A stretch of DNA of 64,000 bases from a virus (IMGVR_UViG_3300009169_000014:44741-108740), one strand, 5' to 3'. Positions 53,715-63,021 are shown, numbered from the stretch's first letter. The notes: generated from the letters alone by a model not told the origin. Numbers and translations: made by a program.

Positions 53715-56465
53715 ATGGACGTTCAAGTAATCCCCTCCCACGGCGGCGGGGCTGCGAAGGTTGCACCCGCGAAGTCCCATCTCTCGCTCGATATGTACTT
53801 CAACAAGCACGGACATCCGCTTGACTCCGTAAAGTGGACGAAGCGTGACGCGGTCATCAAGAACGCCAAGGGTGAGGTAGTCTTCGAACAGAAGGACGTC
53901 GAGGCGCCGGAGTCCTGGAGCGACAGAGCCGTCAACATTGTCGCGGAGAAGTACTTCCGCATGGTGAACGGAGTGAAGGAGAACTCCGTCAAGCAGCTCG
54001 TCACTCGTGTGGCGCACACCATCGCGAAAGCGGGCTATGAGCAGTTCCTCTTCTCCCTCGAGACCTCTCTCGTGTTCGAGCAGGAGCTCACGTACCTGCT
54101 GCTGCACCAGATGTTCGCGTTCAACTCGCCTGTGTGGTTCAACATCGGCGTTCCCAACGTGGCGCAGCAGGCGTCGGCCTGCTTCATCAACCACGTCGAA
54201 GACACGATGGAGAGCATCACTGACCTCGGCAAGACGGAGATCATGCTCTTCAAGGGCGGCTCGGGAGCAGGCAGTAATCTCTCGAATCTCCGCAGTAGCT
54301 ACGAGCGTCTCTCCGGTGGTGGAACGCCTTCAGGCCCGGTGAGCTTCATGAAGTGGCTCGACGCTGGCGCTGGTGTCACCAAATCAGGAGGCACTACGAG
54401 ACGCGCTGCGTTGATGCGTGTTCTCAACGTAGATCATCCCGACATTCTCGAGCTGGCCAACGGTGAGGCAGGCTTCATCACCTGCAAGGCTCACGCAGAG
54501 AAAGTGGCGCAGGCCCTCATCAACGGCGGGTTCAGCGCAGAGTTCAACAAGGCGGGCAACGCGTACGACCTCGTGCCGTTCCAGAACGCCAACAACTCCG
54601 TTCGCGTGACCGACGAGTTCATGCACTGCGTTGTTGCGGATAACGAGTTTTACACTCGGAGCAGGACTACGGGCGCGCGCGTCCATCTTTACAAGGCGCG
54701 GGACCTCTGGGATAAGATCGCCGAGGCGGCTTGGGCCAGCGGTGATCCGGGCATTCAGTTCGACACTTCGACTAATGCCTGGCACACGCTACCTAACACG
54801 GGGCGTATCAACGCGAGTAACCCGTGTTCCGAATTCCTCCACCTCGACAACACGAGCTGTAACCTCGGTTCGTTCAACCTGATGAAGTTCGTCTCTGAGC
54901 GCGGGTTTCACGTGGAGGAGTTCATCGCGGCTACAGAGGTCTGTATAACGGCCATGGAGATCCTGTGCGGCTACAGCGTCTACCCGTCTGAAGAAATCAC
55001 GAAGCAAACGAAGGCGAGCCGTCCGCTGGGAATTGGCTACGCCAACCTCGGCACGCTGCTGATGACGGAGGGCCTGGCCTACGACTCCGACGAGGGTCGT
55101 AACTTGGCCGCGGGCATCACGTCGCTCATGTCCGCAGTGGCGTACAGGCAGAGCGCCAAGATGGCCGCAGTCTCAGGCCCGTTCGACTACTACGAAGCGA
55201 ACAAGGCTCCGATGCTCAAGGTCATCGACAAGCACCGGCACGCTTCTGGCGGAATGGACTCCAACGACGTCTCTCGCCCGGCTCACCTCATCTGGAGTGA
55301 AGCGTTGGAGCTCGGAAAGCTTCACGGCTTCCGCAACAGCCAGGTCTCCGTGCTGGCACCGACGGGAACCATCGCGTTCATGATGGACTGCGACACCAAC
55401 GGCATCGAGCCGAATCTGGCGCTGACGCAGTACAAGAAGCTCGTCGGTGGTGGCTTCGTCAAGATTCCGACGCGGGCTGTTCCTCAGGCGCTCAACAAGC
55501 TGGGCTACAACGGGGCAGCGAAGGGGATTCTCGAGACCATCGAGAAGACGGGTTCTCTTCCGGAAGACATGGACCCGACGCACAAGAAGGTCTTCCAGAC
55601 GGCCATTGGGGACGACCAGATCTCAACTGACGGCCACCTGCTGATGATGGGCGCTGTTCAGCCCTTCCTCAGTGGTGGCATCAGCAAGACGGTGAACATG
55701 GCGTCCACGGCTACGGTGGGCGACGTGTCCAACGCTTTCATGCGTGCCTGGCAGCTGGGCTTGAAGTGCGTCACCGTGTACCGGGACGGTTGCAAGGCCA
55801 GTCAACCCGCCAGTGCGAAGCAGGAGAAGACGCTCAACGCCGAACAGTCGGATGAGCTCAAAGCGGCTTTGACGAAGACCATCATGGCCTTCGAGCAGAA
55901 CCGCGGAGAGCCCGTTCTGCTGTGGGGCGAGCGGAAGCGCCTCCCCGATGAACGCTTCAGCGTCACGCACAAGTTCAGCGTGGGCGGCCAGGACGGCTAC
56001 TTCCACGTCGGACTCAACCCCGACGGAACGCCTGGCGAGGTGTTCATCAACATCAGCAAAGCAGGATCAACGCTCCATGGTCTCGTCGACATGGCCGCTA
56101 CAGCGATGTCACTGGGGCTCCAGTACGGCGTTCCGCTCAACACGCTGCTCGAGAAGTTCAAGGGCGTGCGCTTCGAGCCGTCAGGCTTCACTGGCAACGA
56201 GAAGATTCCCCGAGCAGACTCGCTCGCGGACTACTTCGCTCGCTGGATGGAGAACCGCTTCACCTGGACTGAAGACAAGCTCACGGAGTTCGAGGAGAAG
56301 AAGAAGGAACTCACCGAATTCTTTGGGAATCAGCAACCAGTCGTTGCCAAGAAGACGGGGGTGAGCTATCACGGAGCTCCTTGCAGTTCATGCGGTAACA
56401 TCACCGTACGCGCTGGCACCTGCTGGGTGTGCAACACGTGCGGTACAACAACGGGATGCGGATGA
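53715..56465 (+). CDS. nrdJ: Ribonucleotide reductase, class II-like (adenosylcobalamin-type large protein) with C-terminal zinc ribbon
   Basis: Catalytic NPCSEF (NPCGE-type) loop at …ASNPCSEFLHLDNTSCNLGSFNL…. Also …TVYRDGCKASQP…. The length is 916 aa. The C-terminus is CSSCGNITVRAGTCWVCNTCG. Confidence 0.8.
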   Translation: MDVQVIPSHGGGAAKVAPAKSHLSLDMYFNKHGHPLDSVKWTKRDAVIKNAKGEVVFEQKDVEAPESWSDRAVNIVAEKYFRMVNGVKENSVKQLVTRVAHTIAKAGYEQFLFSLETSLVFEQELTYLLLHQMFAFNSPVWFNIGVPNVAQQASACFINHVEDTMESITDLGKTEIMLFKGGSGAGSNLSNLRSSYERLSGGGTPSGPVSFMKWLDAGAGVTKSGGTTRRAALMRVLNVDHPDILELANGEAGFITCKAHAEKVAQALINGGFSAEFNKAGNAYDLVPFQNANNSVRVTDEFMHCVVADNEFYTRSRTTGARVHLYKARDLWDKIAEAAWASGDPGIQFDTSTNAWHTLPNTGRINASNPCSEFLHLDNTSCNLGSFNLMKFVSERGFHVEEFIAATEVCITAMEILCGYSVYPSEEITKQTKASRPLGIGYANLGTLLMTEGLAYDSDEGRNLAAGITSLMSAVAYRQSAKMAAVSGPFDYYEANKAPMLKVIDKHRHASGGMDSNDVSRPAHLIWSEALELGKLHGFRNSQVSVLAPTGTIAFMMDCDTNGIEPNLALTQYKKLVGGGFVKIPTRAVPQALNKLGYNGAAKGILETIEKTGSLPEDMDPTHKKVFQTAIGDDQISTDGHLLMMGAVQPFLSGGISKTVNMASTATVGDVSNAFMRAWQLGLKCVTVYRDGCKASQPASAKQEKTLNAEQSDELKAALTKTIMAFEQNRGEPVLLWGERKRLPDERFSVTHKFSVGGQDGYFHVGLNPDGTPGEVFINISKAGSTLHGLVDMAATAMSLGLQYGVPLNTLLEKFKGVRFEPSGFTGNEKIPRADSLADYFARWMENRFTWTEDKLTEFEEKKKELTEFFGNQQPVVAKKTGVSYHGAPCSSCGNITVRAGTCWVCNTCGTTTGCG

Positions 56466-56752
56466 ACCGACGAAGCTTTCTTTCCCTCGGTGGGCTGTTC
56501 GGTGTGGGCGCTGGGCTTGCCGCCACAGTGTCCCACGCCAGCCGTCCCACAGATCCTCGAGCCATGGTTTCGTGTGAAGGAGCTCACGAGCCCGTGGCGG
56601 CCTACATCGACGGTGACCCCGCCATCTGCATCGGGACGACGGACGACCCCGCGCGAACTCTCGTACCGTGCAAGCGTTGCGGTGCGTTGTTTGCGTTGCC
56701 CTTGAAGGCGGCGCAAGCGCCGTCGATGCTCTTCAGTGGGCGTATCCGATGA
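56462..56752 (+). CDS. Small protein with twin-arginine (Tat-type) signal peptide, 96 aa
   Basis: MNRRSFLSLGGLFGVGAGLAATVSHA has an RRxFLS motif, then a hydrophobic stretch and an AxA-like site. Its start overlaps the RNR stop (ATGA). Confidence 0.35.
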   Translation: MNRRSFLSLGGLFGVGAGLAATVSHASRPTDPRAMVSCEGAHEPVAAYIDGDPAICIGTTDDPARTLVPCKRCGALFALPLKAAQAPSMLFSGRIR

Positions 56753-56952
56753 AATGCTCAAATTGTAACGCAGAGATTGTAGACCACACGAACGCCCTGC
56801 TGGTGGTTCGTGGGAATGGGAGGGCGCAGATCGCGGCGCTGTGCAAGACCTGCGAGACGGGCGTCTTGACGATGAAAGTAGTACTGTCGCGGCAAGATCC
56901 GTTGAAGGAGTTCACCTTCGAGGGGTACCTCCCAGTTTCCTCGGTAAAGTGA
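56749..56952 (+). CDS. Small zinc-ribbon protein (67 aa)
   Basis: MKCSNCNAEI…CKTCETG. ATGA overlap with the previous ORF. Confidence 0.4.
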   Translation: MKCSNCNAEIVDHTNALLVVRGNGRAQIAALCKTCETGVLTMKVVLSRQDPLKEFTFEGYLPVSSVK

Positions 56953-56959
56953 GGGCGTC

Positions 56960-57391
56960 ATGCCGATTCTGAGCGCCGCGTACAAGAGCGCGCTGGAGAA
57001 CATTGGCTTCCCTGAGACGGTCGGGGAGGCCCAGCAGAAGTGGGAAGCTGCTTGGAAGAGCTGCGTGAGTGGTTGTACGCAGGCAATTGCTACGGGACTG
57101 TCGTACACCTTGGCAGGAGCCTTTGAGCCTACGGACGACCCCACGGCGTTCTTCAAGAAGTTGGAGTCAGCGGGGAAGGCGGACATCGCCTCCTTCGTCC
57201 TGATTCCAATTTACGGCACGACGACACCCCCTACAGGGATGATCTCCCCCATCACGGGGACCTCGGACAGCATCGGGCCTCCCTTGGAGAAGCTCAGCGC
57301 ATCTGTAGCGGCCTTTGCTCAGTCCGCGGGGTACACCGGATCTCCGCTTCCCCCGCCTTCGGGGACACCACCAGGGACAAGCCTGTCGTAA
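56960..57391 (+). CDS. Hypothetical protein (143 aa)
   Basis: Plus-strand ORF. Pro/Gly-rich C-terminus. Confidence 0.4.
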   Translation: MPILSAAYKSALENIGFPETVGEAQQKWEAAWKSCVSGCTQAIATGLSYTLAGAFEPTDDPTAFFKKLESAGKADIASFVLIPIYGTTTPPTGMISPITGTSDSIGPPLEKLSASVAAFAQSAGYTGSPLPPPSGTPPGTSLS

Positions 57392-57409
57392 TCGTAGTAG
57401 GAGTAGGGC

Positions 57410-57616
57410 ATGTCTTTCGAATACGACGACGTTCCCGAGCCCGTAACTGAGCCTGGTTTCATCTTCACCGTTTCGCTGACGTTGGAGCAGCGAGCAGCGC
57501 TCGATGAGATCAAGGCTCTTCGCCAGAAGAAGACGGGAGTCCGCCCGTCTGTTCGAGACCTGATGAACGACGCAGTGAAGCAGTTCATCGCCCACGAGTT
57601 GTCTCAGCGGTTCTAG
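57410..57616 (+). CDS. Small hypothetical protein (68 aa)
   Basis: Plus-strand ORF with a good RBS (gtaggagtagggcATG). Confidence 0.4.
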   Translation: MSFEYDDVPEPVTEPGFIFTVSLTLEQRAALDEIKALRQKKTGVRPSVRDLMNDAVKQFIAHELSQRF

Positions 57617-57632
57617 CTAAGGAGCAACTGGC

Positions 57633-57989
57633 ATGACGCCCGGTGGAATCGACGCAATCATCGCAACGAGTCACCCTGTCGAGCTGATGGAGCTCGCTGT
57701 GCGGTGGCTCTTTACCCACTGGAAGCACGGGGTGGCCTGTGACGCGGAGGGAGCTCGACTCTGGTTCCCTCAGTCGTATTACCGAATTCCCTTCGGGGAG
57801 AGCACAGAGCTCTTCGTGTACCCTACGGATAAAGCGTTCGTAGCCTCGAGGGAAGACCCCACCAACATCGACCAGATCCACCTTCTCCGTACGAGTGGTG
57901 AGCTGACAGTCGTTCGGGACGTGGAGTCGCAAGTCGGGGAAGAGCTCGTAGACATGCTGAGGGCCACGAAGTTTCCTGGTGATGTGTGA
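57633..57989 (+). CDS. Hypothetical protein (118 aa)
   Basis: An AAGGAG RBS precedes the ATG. Confidence 0.45.
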   Translation: MTPGGIDAIIATSHPVELMELAVRWLFTHWKHGVACDAEGARLWFPQSYYRIPFGESTELFVYPTDKAFVASREDPTNIDQIHLLRTSGELTVVRDVESQVGEELVDMLRATKFPGDV

Positions 57990-58306
57990 CCTCCGCCACG
58001 GAGTTTCCTTTGACCCAACTATCCCCGGGCGGCTCGATGTTTCCGTCTTGGATCCCATGTACCTCTTGCAGCCAGCCGCTAAAATACCACACCGACAAGA
58101 AGTGCCCCTTTGACTCAACGGAGTTTCGTCCAGATGAAACGACGGTTGAGATGATCTTGGGTGAGATGCGTTACGCAGAGGCGACTTCGCCCAGTCGCGG
58201 AGATGACACGTGGTTGTTGGCGGTAGTTACCCGCCGCTACCTTCAGGCGTTCGAAGTCGTCGTGGACAAGCTCGCAGACCACATCAAGTTCGTGGAGGAA
58301 TCTTGA
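57986..58306 (+). CDS. Hypothetical protein (106 aa)
   Basis: ATGA overlap. Contains CTSCSQP…C. Confidence 0.4.
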   Translation: MTSATEFPLTQLSPGGSMFPSWIPCTSCSQPLKYHTDKKCPFDSTEFRPDETTVEMILGEMRYAEATSPSRGDDTWLLAVVTRRYLQAFEVVVDKLADHIKFVEES

Positions 58307-58602
58307 AGCTAAAAGAAGGCGTGAAGCACGATGCTCAGAAACGCAGATTCAGCCTCTTCCCGACGAAGGCGCTGTACGCCGTGGTCGATGTGCTCGAGTA
58401 CGGCGCGAGGAAGTACGAGGAAGACAACTGGCGCAAGGTCCCCGACTCGAGGAAGCGCTACTACGACGCCTCGATGCGGCACATCAACGACTGGTGGATG
58501 GGAGAGACGCACGACCCGGAGTCGGGTCACCATCACCTGGCCCATGCGATGTGCTGTTTGGTTTTTCTTTTGACCGTCGAACTTGAACAGGAGAGCAAAT
58601 GA
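58303..58602 (+). CDS. dATP/dGTP pyrophosphohydrolase-like phage protein (DUF-type nucleotide pyrophosphatase fold)
   Basis: KRRFSLFPTKALYAVVDVLEYGARKYEEDNWRKV…YYDASMRHINDWWMGETHDPESGHHHLAHAMCCLVFL matches the conserved phage family often annotated dATP/dGTP diphosphohydrolase. The TTG/GTG start near 58303-58321 is uncertain. Confidence 0.5.
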   Translation: MKLKEGVKHDAQKRRFSLFPTKALYAVVDVLEYGARKYEEDNWRKVPDSRKRYYDASMRHINDWWMGETHDPESGHHHLAHAMCCLVFLLTVELEQESK

Positions 58603-59081
58603 GCGACATGATCTTTAGCGTCAAAGAAGGGTTCCGTGACGTAACTCCAGAGGACAATGTTCCTCCGGCGGAGATGAAAGGATCTTGGGATGCGTGGCTT
58701 CGTGACGCGAAGTTCAAACGACTGGAGCTGTCCGCCCACGAGGATATGTCCGGTGAGCTCGCGTATGAGATGTACGAACGTGAAGAGGGTCCGTGGCGTT
58801 TTCTTGTGATGATGAACGACTCTTCCTCGAGTCAGGCTGTCTACATGAAGGAGTTCGCCGCTCTCATCGAGCTACGCTTTCGCTTGGCCGCGCAGGCGAG
58901 CGCTGAGCGAACCGCTTATCTCCTGACAGATCTTCACCGAATGGCGGACATCATGTTCAAGGTCACACACGGCCACTCCTTCGAGGCCATCTGCAGAAAG
59001 TGCGACCCTGAAGGTTACGAGAAGATGCTTGAGGCTCGGCGTCTTCGCGAAGAGAAAAAACGAACCGCAGCAAGCATGTAG
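58599..59081 (+). CDS. Hypothetical protein (160 aa)
   Basis: ATGA overlap. Protein-like composition. Confidence 0.45.
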   Translation: MSDMIFSVKEGFRDVTPEDNVPPAEMKGSWDAWLRDAKFKRLELSAHEDMSGELAYEMYEREEGPWRFLVMMNDSSSSQAVYMKEFAALIELRFRLAAQASAERTAYLLTDLHRMADIMFKVTHGHSFEAICRKCDPEGYEKMLEARRLREEKKRTAASM

Positions 59082-59103
59082 TCGGCGTAGGGTTGAGAAA
59101 CGA

Positions 59104-59826
59104 ATGCCCGGTAAGAAGTGGAAAATTGGACGCCGTCCCCCCGGGTATTGGACCGGCCCTGAGGCGCTAGAACATCTTCGGGCGGAGGCTCAAAAGTTTT
59201 CTCGCCGTGGTGATTTCATGGCAGGTAGCTTTGGGGCGTATCTCGCTGCAAAGAAATTGGGAGTCTACGAAGAGATTTGCGCGCACATGGGCCCGTCTAG
59301 ACGGCGAGCGCACAACTGGACGCGCGCCGAGATCTTGGAAGGGGCCCGAGGCGCTCTCTCAGCGTCGGATCTTTTGGCAAGAAATCCTAACGTGTACAAA
59401 GCTGCACTGAAGAAGGGGCTTCTCCAAAAACTGTTTCCTGGTTTTGAGGTTGGGGCAGCTAAATATTCCCTCTCTGAGGTGTTGGCGGCTGCACGCAAGT
59501 ACTCCTCGGTTAAGGAGTTTCGCGCGGGAGACGCCAAGATCTACAAAAGTGTTCTTAGGCTACAGCGCGACGGGACGGGACCCAAGCGTGAGTGGTTCAA
59601 GCAGGCTACCGCCCACATGGTCCCCGACACGTGGAATTGGACGTACGAAGTTTTTCTGGAGGTGACAGCTTCGTACCTTACAAAAATGGATCTCCTTGAG
59701 TGTCTTGGTTGGGGTATCTACGAGAAGTCGTTAAGGGAAGGGTGGATCGACCGTAAGTATGGCCGAGCCCCCTGCGCTAAGAACCCGCGCCCAATGTTAC
59801 GCCCTTCCAGAGCAAAAAAACGATGA
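59104..59826 (+). CDS. Hypothetical protein (240 aa) with four internal repeats of a W…E…A…Y/K module, in a lower-GC island
   Basis: MPGKKWKIGRRPPGYWTGPEALEHL… The local GC content is visibly lower than the flanks (many aaa/ttt runs). Possible mobile or homing-endonuclease-type insertion, but no nuclease motif was identified. Confidence 0.4.
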   Translation: MPGKKWKIGRRPPGYWTGPEALEHLRAEAQKFSRRGDFMAGSFGAYLAAKKLGVYEEICAHMGPSRRRAHNWTRAEILEGARGALSASDLLARNPNVYKAALKKGLLQKLFPGFEVGAAKYSLSEVLAAARKYSSVKEFRAGDAKIYKSVLRLQRDGTGPKREWFKQATAHMVPDTWNWTYEVFLEVTASYLTKMDLLECLGWGIYEKSLREGWIDRKYGRAPCAKNPRPMLRPSRAKKR

Positions 59827-60116
59827 GTAAAGAGCAACAACTGCAGGGGATCACCCCGTACGTCCTGCGCCTGGCAAGCTACTACGCTTGCTTGGGCGTG
59901 GGCACGTACAGGCCCCGCGGGTACGCTCAGTTCGACCGCATCGAGGTGAGGGTCAAGCAGCCGTGGCAGCCTGGTGAGCTGTTCACGGAGTCCTGCTTGA
60001 TCCTCGTGGTCGAATTTTTTAGCTCCGACGAGATGCTGCGCTACGTGGAGTTCGCCCTGACGCCCGCCGGGTTCAGCGGGAAGCCGGTAGTTCGGGAGGT
60101 TCCTCGTGAACAATGA
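59823..60116 (+). CDS. Hypothetical protein (97 aa)
   Basis: ATGA overlap with the upstream gene. Confidence 0.4.
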   Translation: MSKEQQLQGITPYVLRLASYYACLGVGTYRPRGYAQFDRIEVRVKQPWQPGELFTESCLILVVEFFSSDEMLRYVEFALTPAGFSGKPVVREVPREQ

Positions 60117-60291
60117 CGCCTGCAAGCATCAGGTTCTTGCGGACAAGTTCCGGAAGTACGGCTCACCTTCGGCGCTACCCTGGATTTTCTGCGACGAGTG
60201 CTCGAAGCCAGTTCACCAAGAGACGCTGAAACAGATCTACCCCAAGGACACCAATGTACGAATACCGCGCCAAGCTGCTCAAGGTCATTGA
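60106..60291 (+). CDS. Small Cys-containing protein (61 aa)
   Basis: MNNDACKHQ…CDECSKPVH. It overlaps the next gene start by 38 nt. Confidence 0.3.
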   Translation: MNNDACKHQVLADKFRKYGSPSALPWIFCDECSKPVHQETLKQIYPKDTNVRIPRQAAQGH

Positions 60292-60628
60292 CGGAGACAC
60301 CGTCGATCTCGACATCGACCTGGGCTTCGACGTTCACCTGAATCCAATGCGCTTCCGTCTCGCGGGGATCAATGCCCCTGAGAAGAACGCCAAGAACGCC
60401 TTGGAGCGCGCTGCTGCTCTCGCAGCCACCACAGCCCTCGAGGCGATGCTCAAAGATGCCCCGCTCGTGGTGAAGACGGAGAAGGACAGCCAAGAAAAGT
60501 ACGGGCGATACCTGGCGAACATCTGGGTTCGCACCATCTGCGTCAACGTCGAGATGATCCGCCTTGGTCACGCGGTGGGATACAACGGCGTTGGGCCCAT
60601 GCCTGTGTGGCCGTGGACGCCCGCGTAA
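60254..60628 (+). CDS. Staphylococcal-nuclease-like (thermonuclease, SNase fold) protein
   Basis: KVIDGDTVDLDIDLGF…RFRLAGINAPEK…YGRYLANIWV…VNVEMIRLGHA matches the SNase Ca-binding and catalytic signature (DGDT, R…GIDAPE, YGR). Confidence 0.6.
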   Translation: MYEYRAKLLKVIDGDTVDLDIDLGFDVHLNPMRFRLAGINAPEKNAKNALERAAALAATTALEAMLKDAPLVVKTEKDSQEKYGRYLANIWVRTICVNVEMIRLGHAVGYNGVGPMPVWPWTPA

Positions 60629-60641
60629 CCTAAACTGTTGC

Positions 60642-61202
60642 ATGCGCGTCGCCATCTACGACAAGAATCCGGGCACCGGTTTCAATCAGTGGTTTCTCGC
60701 ACTGACCTGGAAGATCGGTTGCTTCCTGCACAAGCTGTTCGGAAAGCTGGACGACTACCGCGCAGCGACGTCGTGGGAGGACGCCTTCGCCTGGCTCGAG
60801 CACCAGCCCAAGCCGCTGACCAGCATCCAGTACTGGGGCCACGGTAGCCCTGGGAGCGTCTGGCTGGCGCAGAAGGCCATGCCCGCTACTCGCTTTCGAG
60901 CTCTCATCCCGTACGTCACCCCCGACACCGTCATCTGGTTCCGCACCTGCTCAACGTTCCAGGGCCAGCGAGGCTACGACTTCTCGAAGTACCTCGTAGA
61001 TCTACTCCAGTGCACCGTCGCTGGCCACACCCGCATCATCGGCCTCCTGCAGGGCGGCCTTCACACCAGGAAGCCGAACGAGCTCCCCAGCTGGCCGTTG
61101 ACCGAGGGGGAGCATCCGAAGTCCTTCTGGGCGAGCTTGGGGCTCAAGGGCGGCAACCACACGATCTTCTGTCTCAGGGCTTCTATCCCGAAGGGGTGGT
61201 GA
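60642..61202 (+). CDS. Hypothetical protein (186 aa)
   Basis: Sequence MRVAIYDKNPGTGFNQWFLALTWKIGCFLHKLFGKL…. Trp-rich. No motif recognised. Confidence 0.4.
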   Translation: MRVAIYDKNPGTGFNQWFLALTWKIGCFLHKLFGKLDDYRAATSWEDAFAWLEHQPKPLTSIQYWGHGSPGSVWLAQKAMPATRFRALIPYVTPDTVIWFRTCSTFQGQRGYDFSKYLVDLLQCTVAGHTRIIGLLQGGLHTRKPNELPSWPLTEGEHPKSFWASLGLKGGNHTIFCLRASIPKGW

Positions 61203-61690
61203 TGCTCTTCGCACTCTTGTGGGCTCCCTTCTCGTTCCTCCTCCACAACGTCATCCATGAGGGCGCGCATGCGCTGGTTACCGTTGCCTACGGAGGCAAG
61301 GTCACCGCCTTCTTCCCGTTCCCCAGCAAGAGGACCGGCTACTTTACTTGGGCCCACGTAGCCACTACGACGATCCGTCAAGGAACCGCCTTGATGCTTG
61401 TTGCCCCCGTGCTGGCGGAGCTCCTGTGGCTCTCCATCTTCTTGAGCCTGTCCTTCGTGACCGACGGCGTTCTCCAGAAGATTCTCCTGGTCGAAGTCGT
61501 GAGCTCGAACGTGGACATCGTGGTGTGGCTCTTGGGTTGGTGGAACCCGAAGCCGACCCCGTACTGCGACGCCGAGAGGTTCCGTAGCCTGCTCAACTTC
61601 ACGCGGACCAAGGGGAAGCTTCTCAGCCTCGTCCTCCTGCCTGTCGCGCTGTTCAGTGGCTTCGCACTGGTGCGAGGCTACGTAGGCTAG
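61202..61690 (+). CDS. Integral membrane protein with HExxH in a transmembrane helix (site-2-protease-like motif)
   Basis: MLFALLWAPFSFLLHNVIHEGAHALVTVAYGG gives HEGAH within a hydrophobic segment. There are 3-4 further hydrophobic helices. Confidence 0.4.
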   Translation: MLFALLWAPFSFLLHNVIHEGAHALVTVAYGGKVTAFFPFPSKRTGYFTWAHVATTTIRQGTALMLVAPVLAELLWLSIFLSLSFVTDGVLQKILLVEVVSSNVDIVVWLLGWWNPKPTPYCDAERFRSLLNFTRTKGKLLSLVLLPVALFSGFALVRGYVG

Positions 61691-61694
61691 GCGG

Positions 61695-62013
61695 CTACTT
61701 CGAGCTCGCAACGGTCGGAGGCGCGGCTGCAGCAGCTTGCTGCGCTTTAATCAGATCCGTCAGAACCTTACCGCGCGTTTGGGCCACGTCGGCGTGGTGC
61801 CTCGGTGTCCCGCGGTAGGCGATGACGCTCGGAGCTTGGGGTGCCTGCGGCGCAGGCATCTGGTGCATCACTCCCGCCGTAGCGAAGGGGATCGCCAAGA
61901 GCGTGCGGCGCATGTACTTCGCCACTTCCGGTCCCAGAAAATCGAGCGCAGCTTCTTTGTCGAAGCCGAAAGCCAGCGCTGCGTCACACTGTCCGATTGC
62001 GTAGTTACTCATC
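61695..62013 (-). CDS. Hypothetical protein (about 105 aa)
   Basis: ATG at 62013 (MSNYAIGQCDAALAFGFDKEAALDFLGPEV…). The upstream extension in the track ORF is Arg-rich. Confidence 0.4.
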
Positions 62014-63021
62014 GTTCCTCGACAGGAAGTGGTGCGCCAGCGCTGCCGCGGTTGCTGTGGCCCCGAGAGCCAGCGCTGCCTTGGGAGCGACGCGCCGGAT
62101 CCCCGCAGCACGGCGGTTCTTCACGAGAGCTTGGACCGCCGCGTCGGTCGCCTTGACGCCGCCGACAGCGCCAGCAGCTCCGCCGAGAACACCGCCTGCG
62201 CCACCGCCCAAGATAACTCCAGGGATCCAGGGTGCACTTCCTTCGACCCCGCGAACGGCCCGTACCCCGGCAAGGGCACCCAGCGGCGCTCCAGCGCCTA
62301 CTCCAGCAGCCCCTCCGCTGATCCCGCCCAGGATCTTCGCAGCCAGGGGCGTCTTCATGGGAGCAACTTTCCCCCACACGTCGGCCATAGAATCAGCGTA
62401 GTCCGCTTCCTTGGTAGGCTCGTCGACCTTCGACAGGAAGTGATGCGCCAGGGCCGCAGCTGTAGCCGTAGCGCTGAGCCCCAACCCTAGACGGGTCGTC
62501 GCACGGCGTTCGCTTCGAACGGCCTGCCGTTTGATGTGGGTGGTTAGGGCAGGAATCCCGAATCGTCCAGCCACGGAGCCCGCGGCAGCCCCGCCGTAGT
62601 ACCCGATGGCGCTTCGAGCCCCCGGCGAGAGTTTCAGCTTGTCTCCGGGGCGTGCCCCGGCGGGTGCCTTTGTCTTCGGCGCGGCGGGGCGTCCGTCGTG
62701 CTTGGTCATCGCCCTTGTAGAGATGTCCTTCTCCGCCGCCGGCGGGTGCGACATCGTGTGGAGCGTAGGATCGGTCATGTCGCCGATAAGCGATCCCGCC
62801 AAGGAGCCGAGGCCTCCGCCCATCGCGCCGCCGTAGCTTTTCAGGAGACTGTGAGCTCCTGGGTCGAGGCGCGTGGGTGACGCTTTCTCCCAGCGATCCA
62901 GCAGCTTGTTCTCGAGGTCCGTGTACCCGGCGTTCTTGAAGAACGTTGCCGCAGCATCGCCCCGTCCAAGGGAGTAGAAGTCCATGGGCGAAGTATAGGC
63001 GCTACTTTGCGACGTAGACAC
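62005..63021 (-). CDS. Gly/Ala-rich hypothetical protein (338 aa). Third member of the (N/D)FYxLGxRD family, with an internal duplicated LGxxATAAALAHHFLS(K/R)xDE module
   Basis: N-terminus …MDFYSLGRGDAAATFFKNAGYTD, compared with MNFYGLGQRDAFEKF. The C-terminal repeats are …LGLSATATAAALAHHFLSKVDE… and …LGATATAAALAHHFLSRNDE. Glycine-zipper-like segments are present. Confidence 0.45.
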   Translation of the reverse strand: MSTSQSSAYTSPMDFYSLGRGDAAATFFKNAGYTDLENKLLDRWEKASPTRLDPGAHSLLKSYGGAMGGGLGSLAGSLIGDMTDPTLHTMSHPPAAEKDISTRAMTKHDGRPAAPKTKAPAGARPGDKLKLSPGARSAIGYYGGAAAGSVAGRFGIPALTTHIKRQAVRSERRATTRLGLGLSATATAAALAHHFLSKVDEPTKEADYADSMADVWGKVAPMKTPLAAKILGGISGGAAGVGAGAPLGALAGVRAVRGVEGSAPWIPGVILGGGAGGVLGGAAGAVGGVKATDAAVQALVKNRRAAGIRRVAPKAALALGATATAAALAHHFLSRNDE

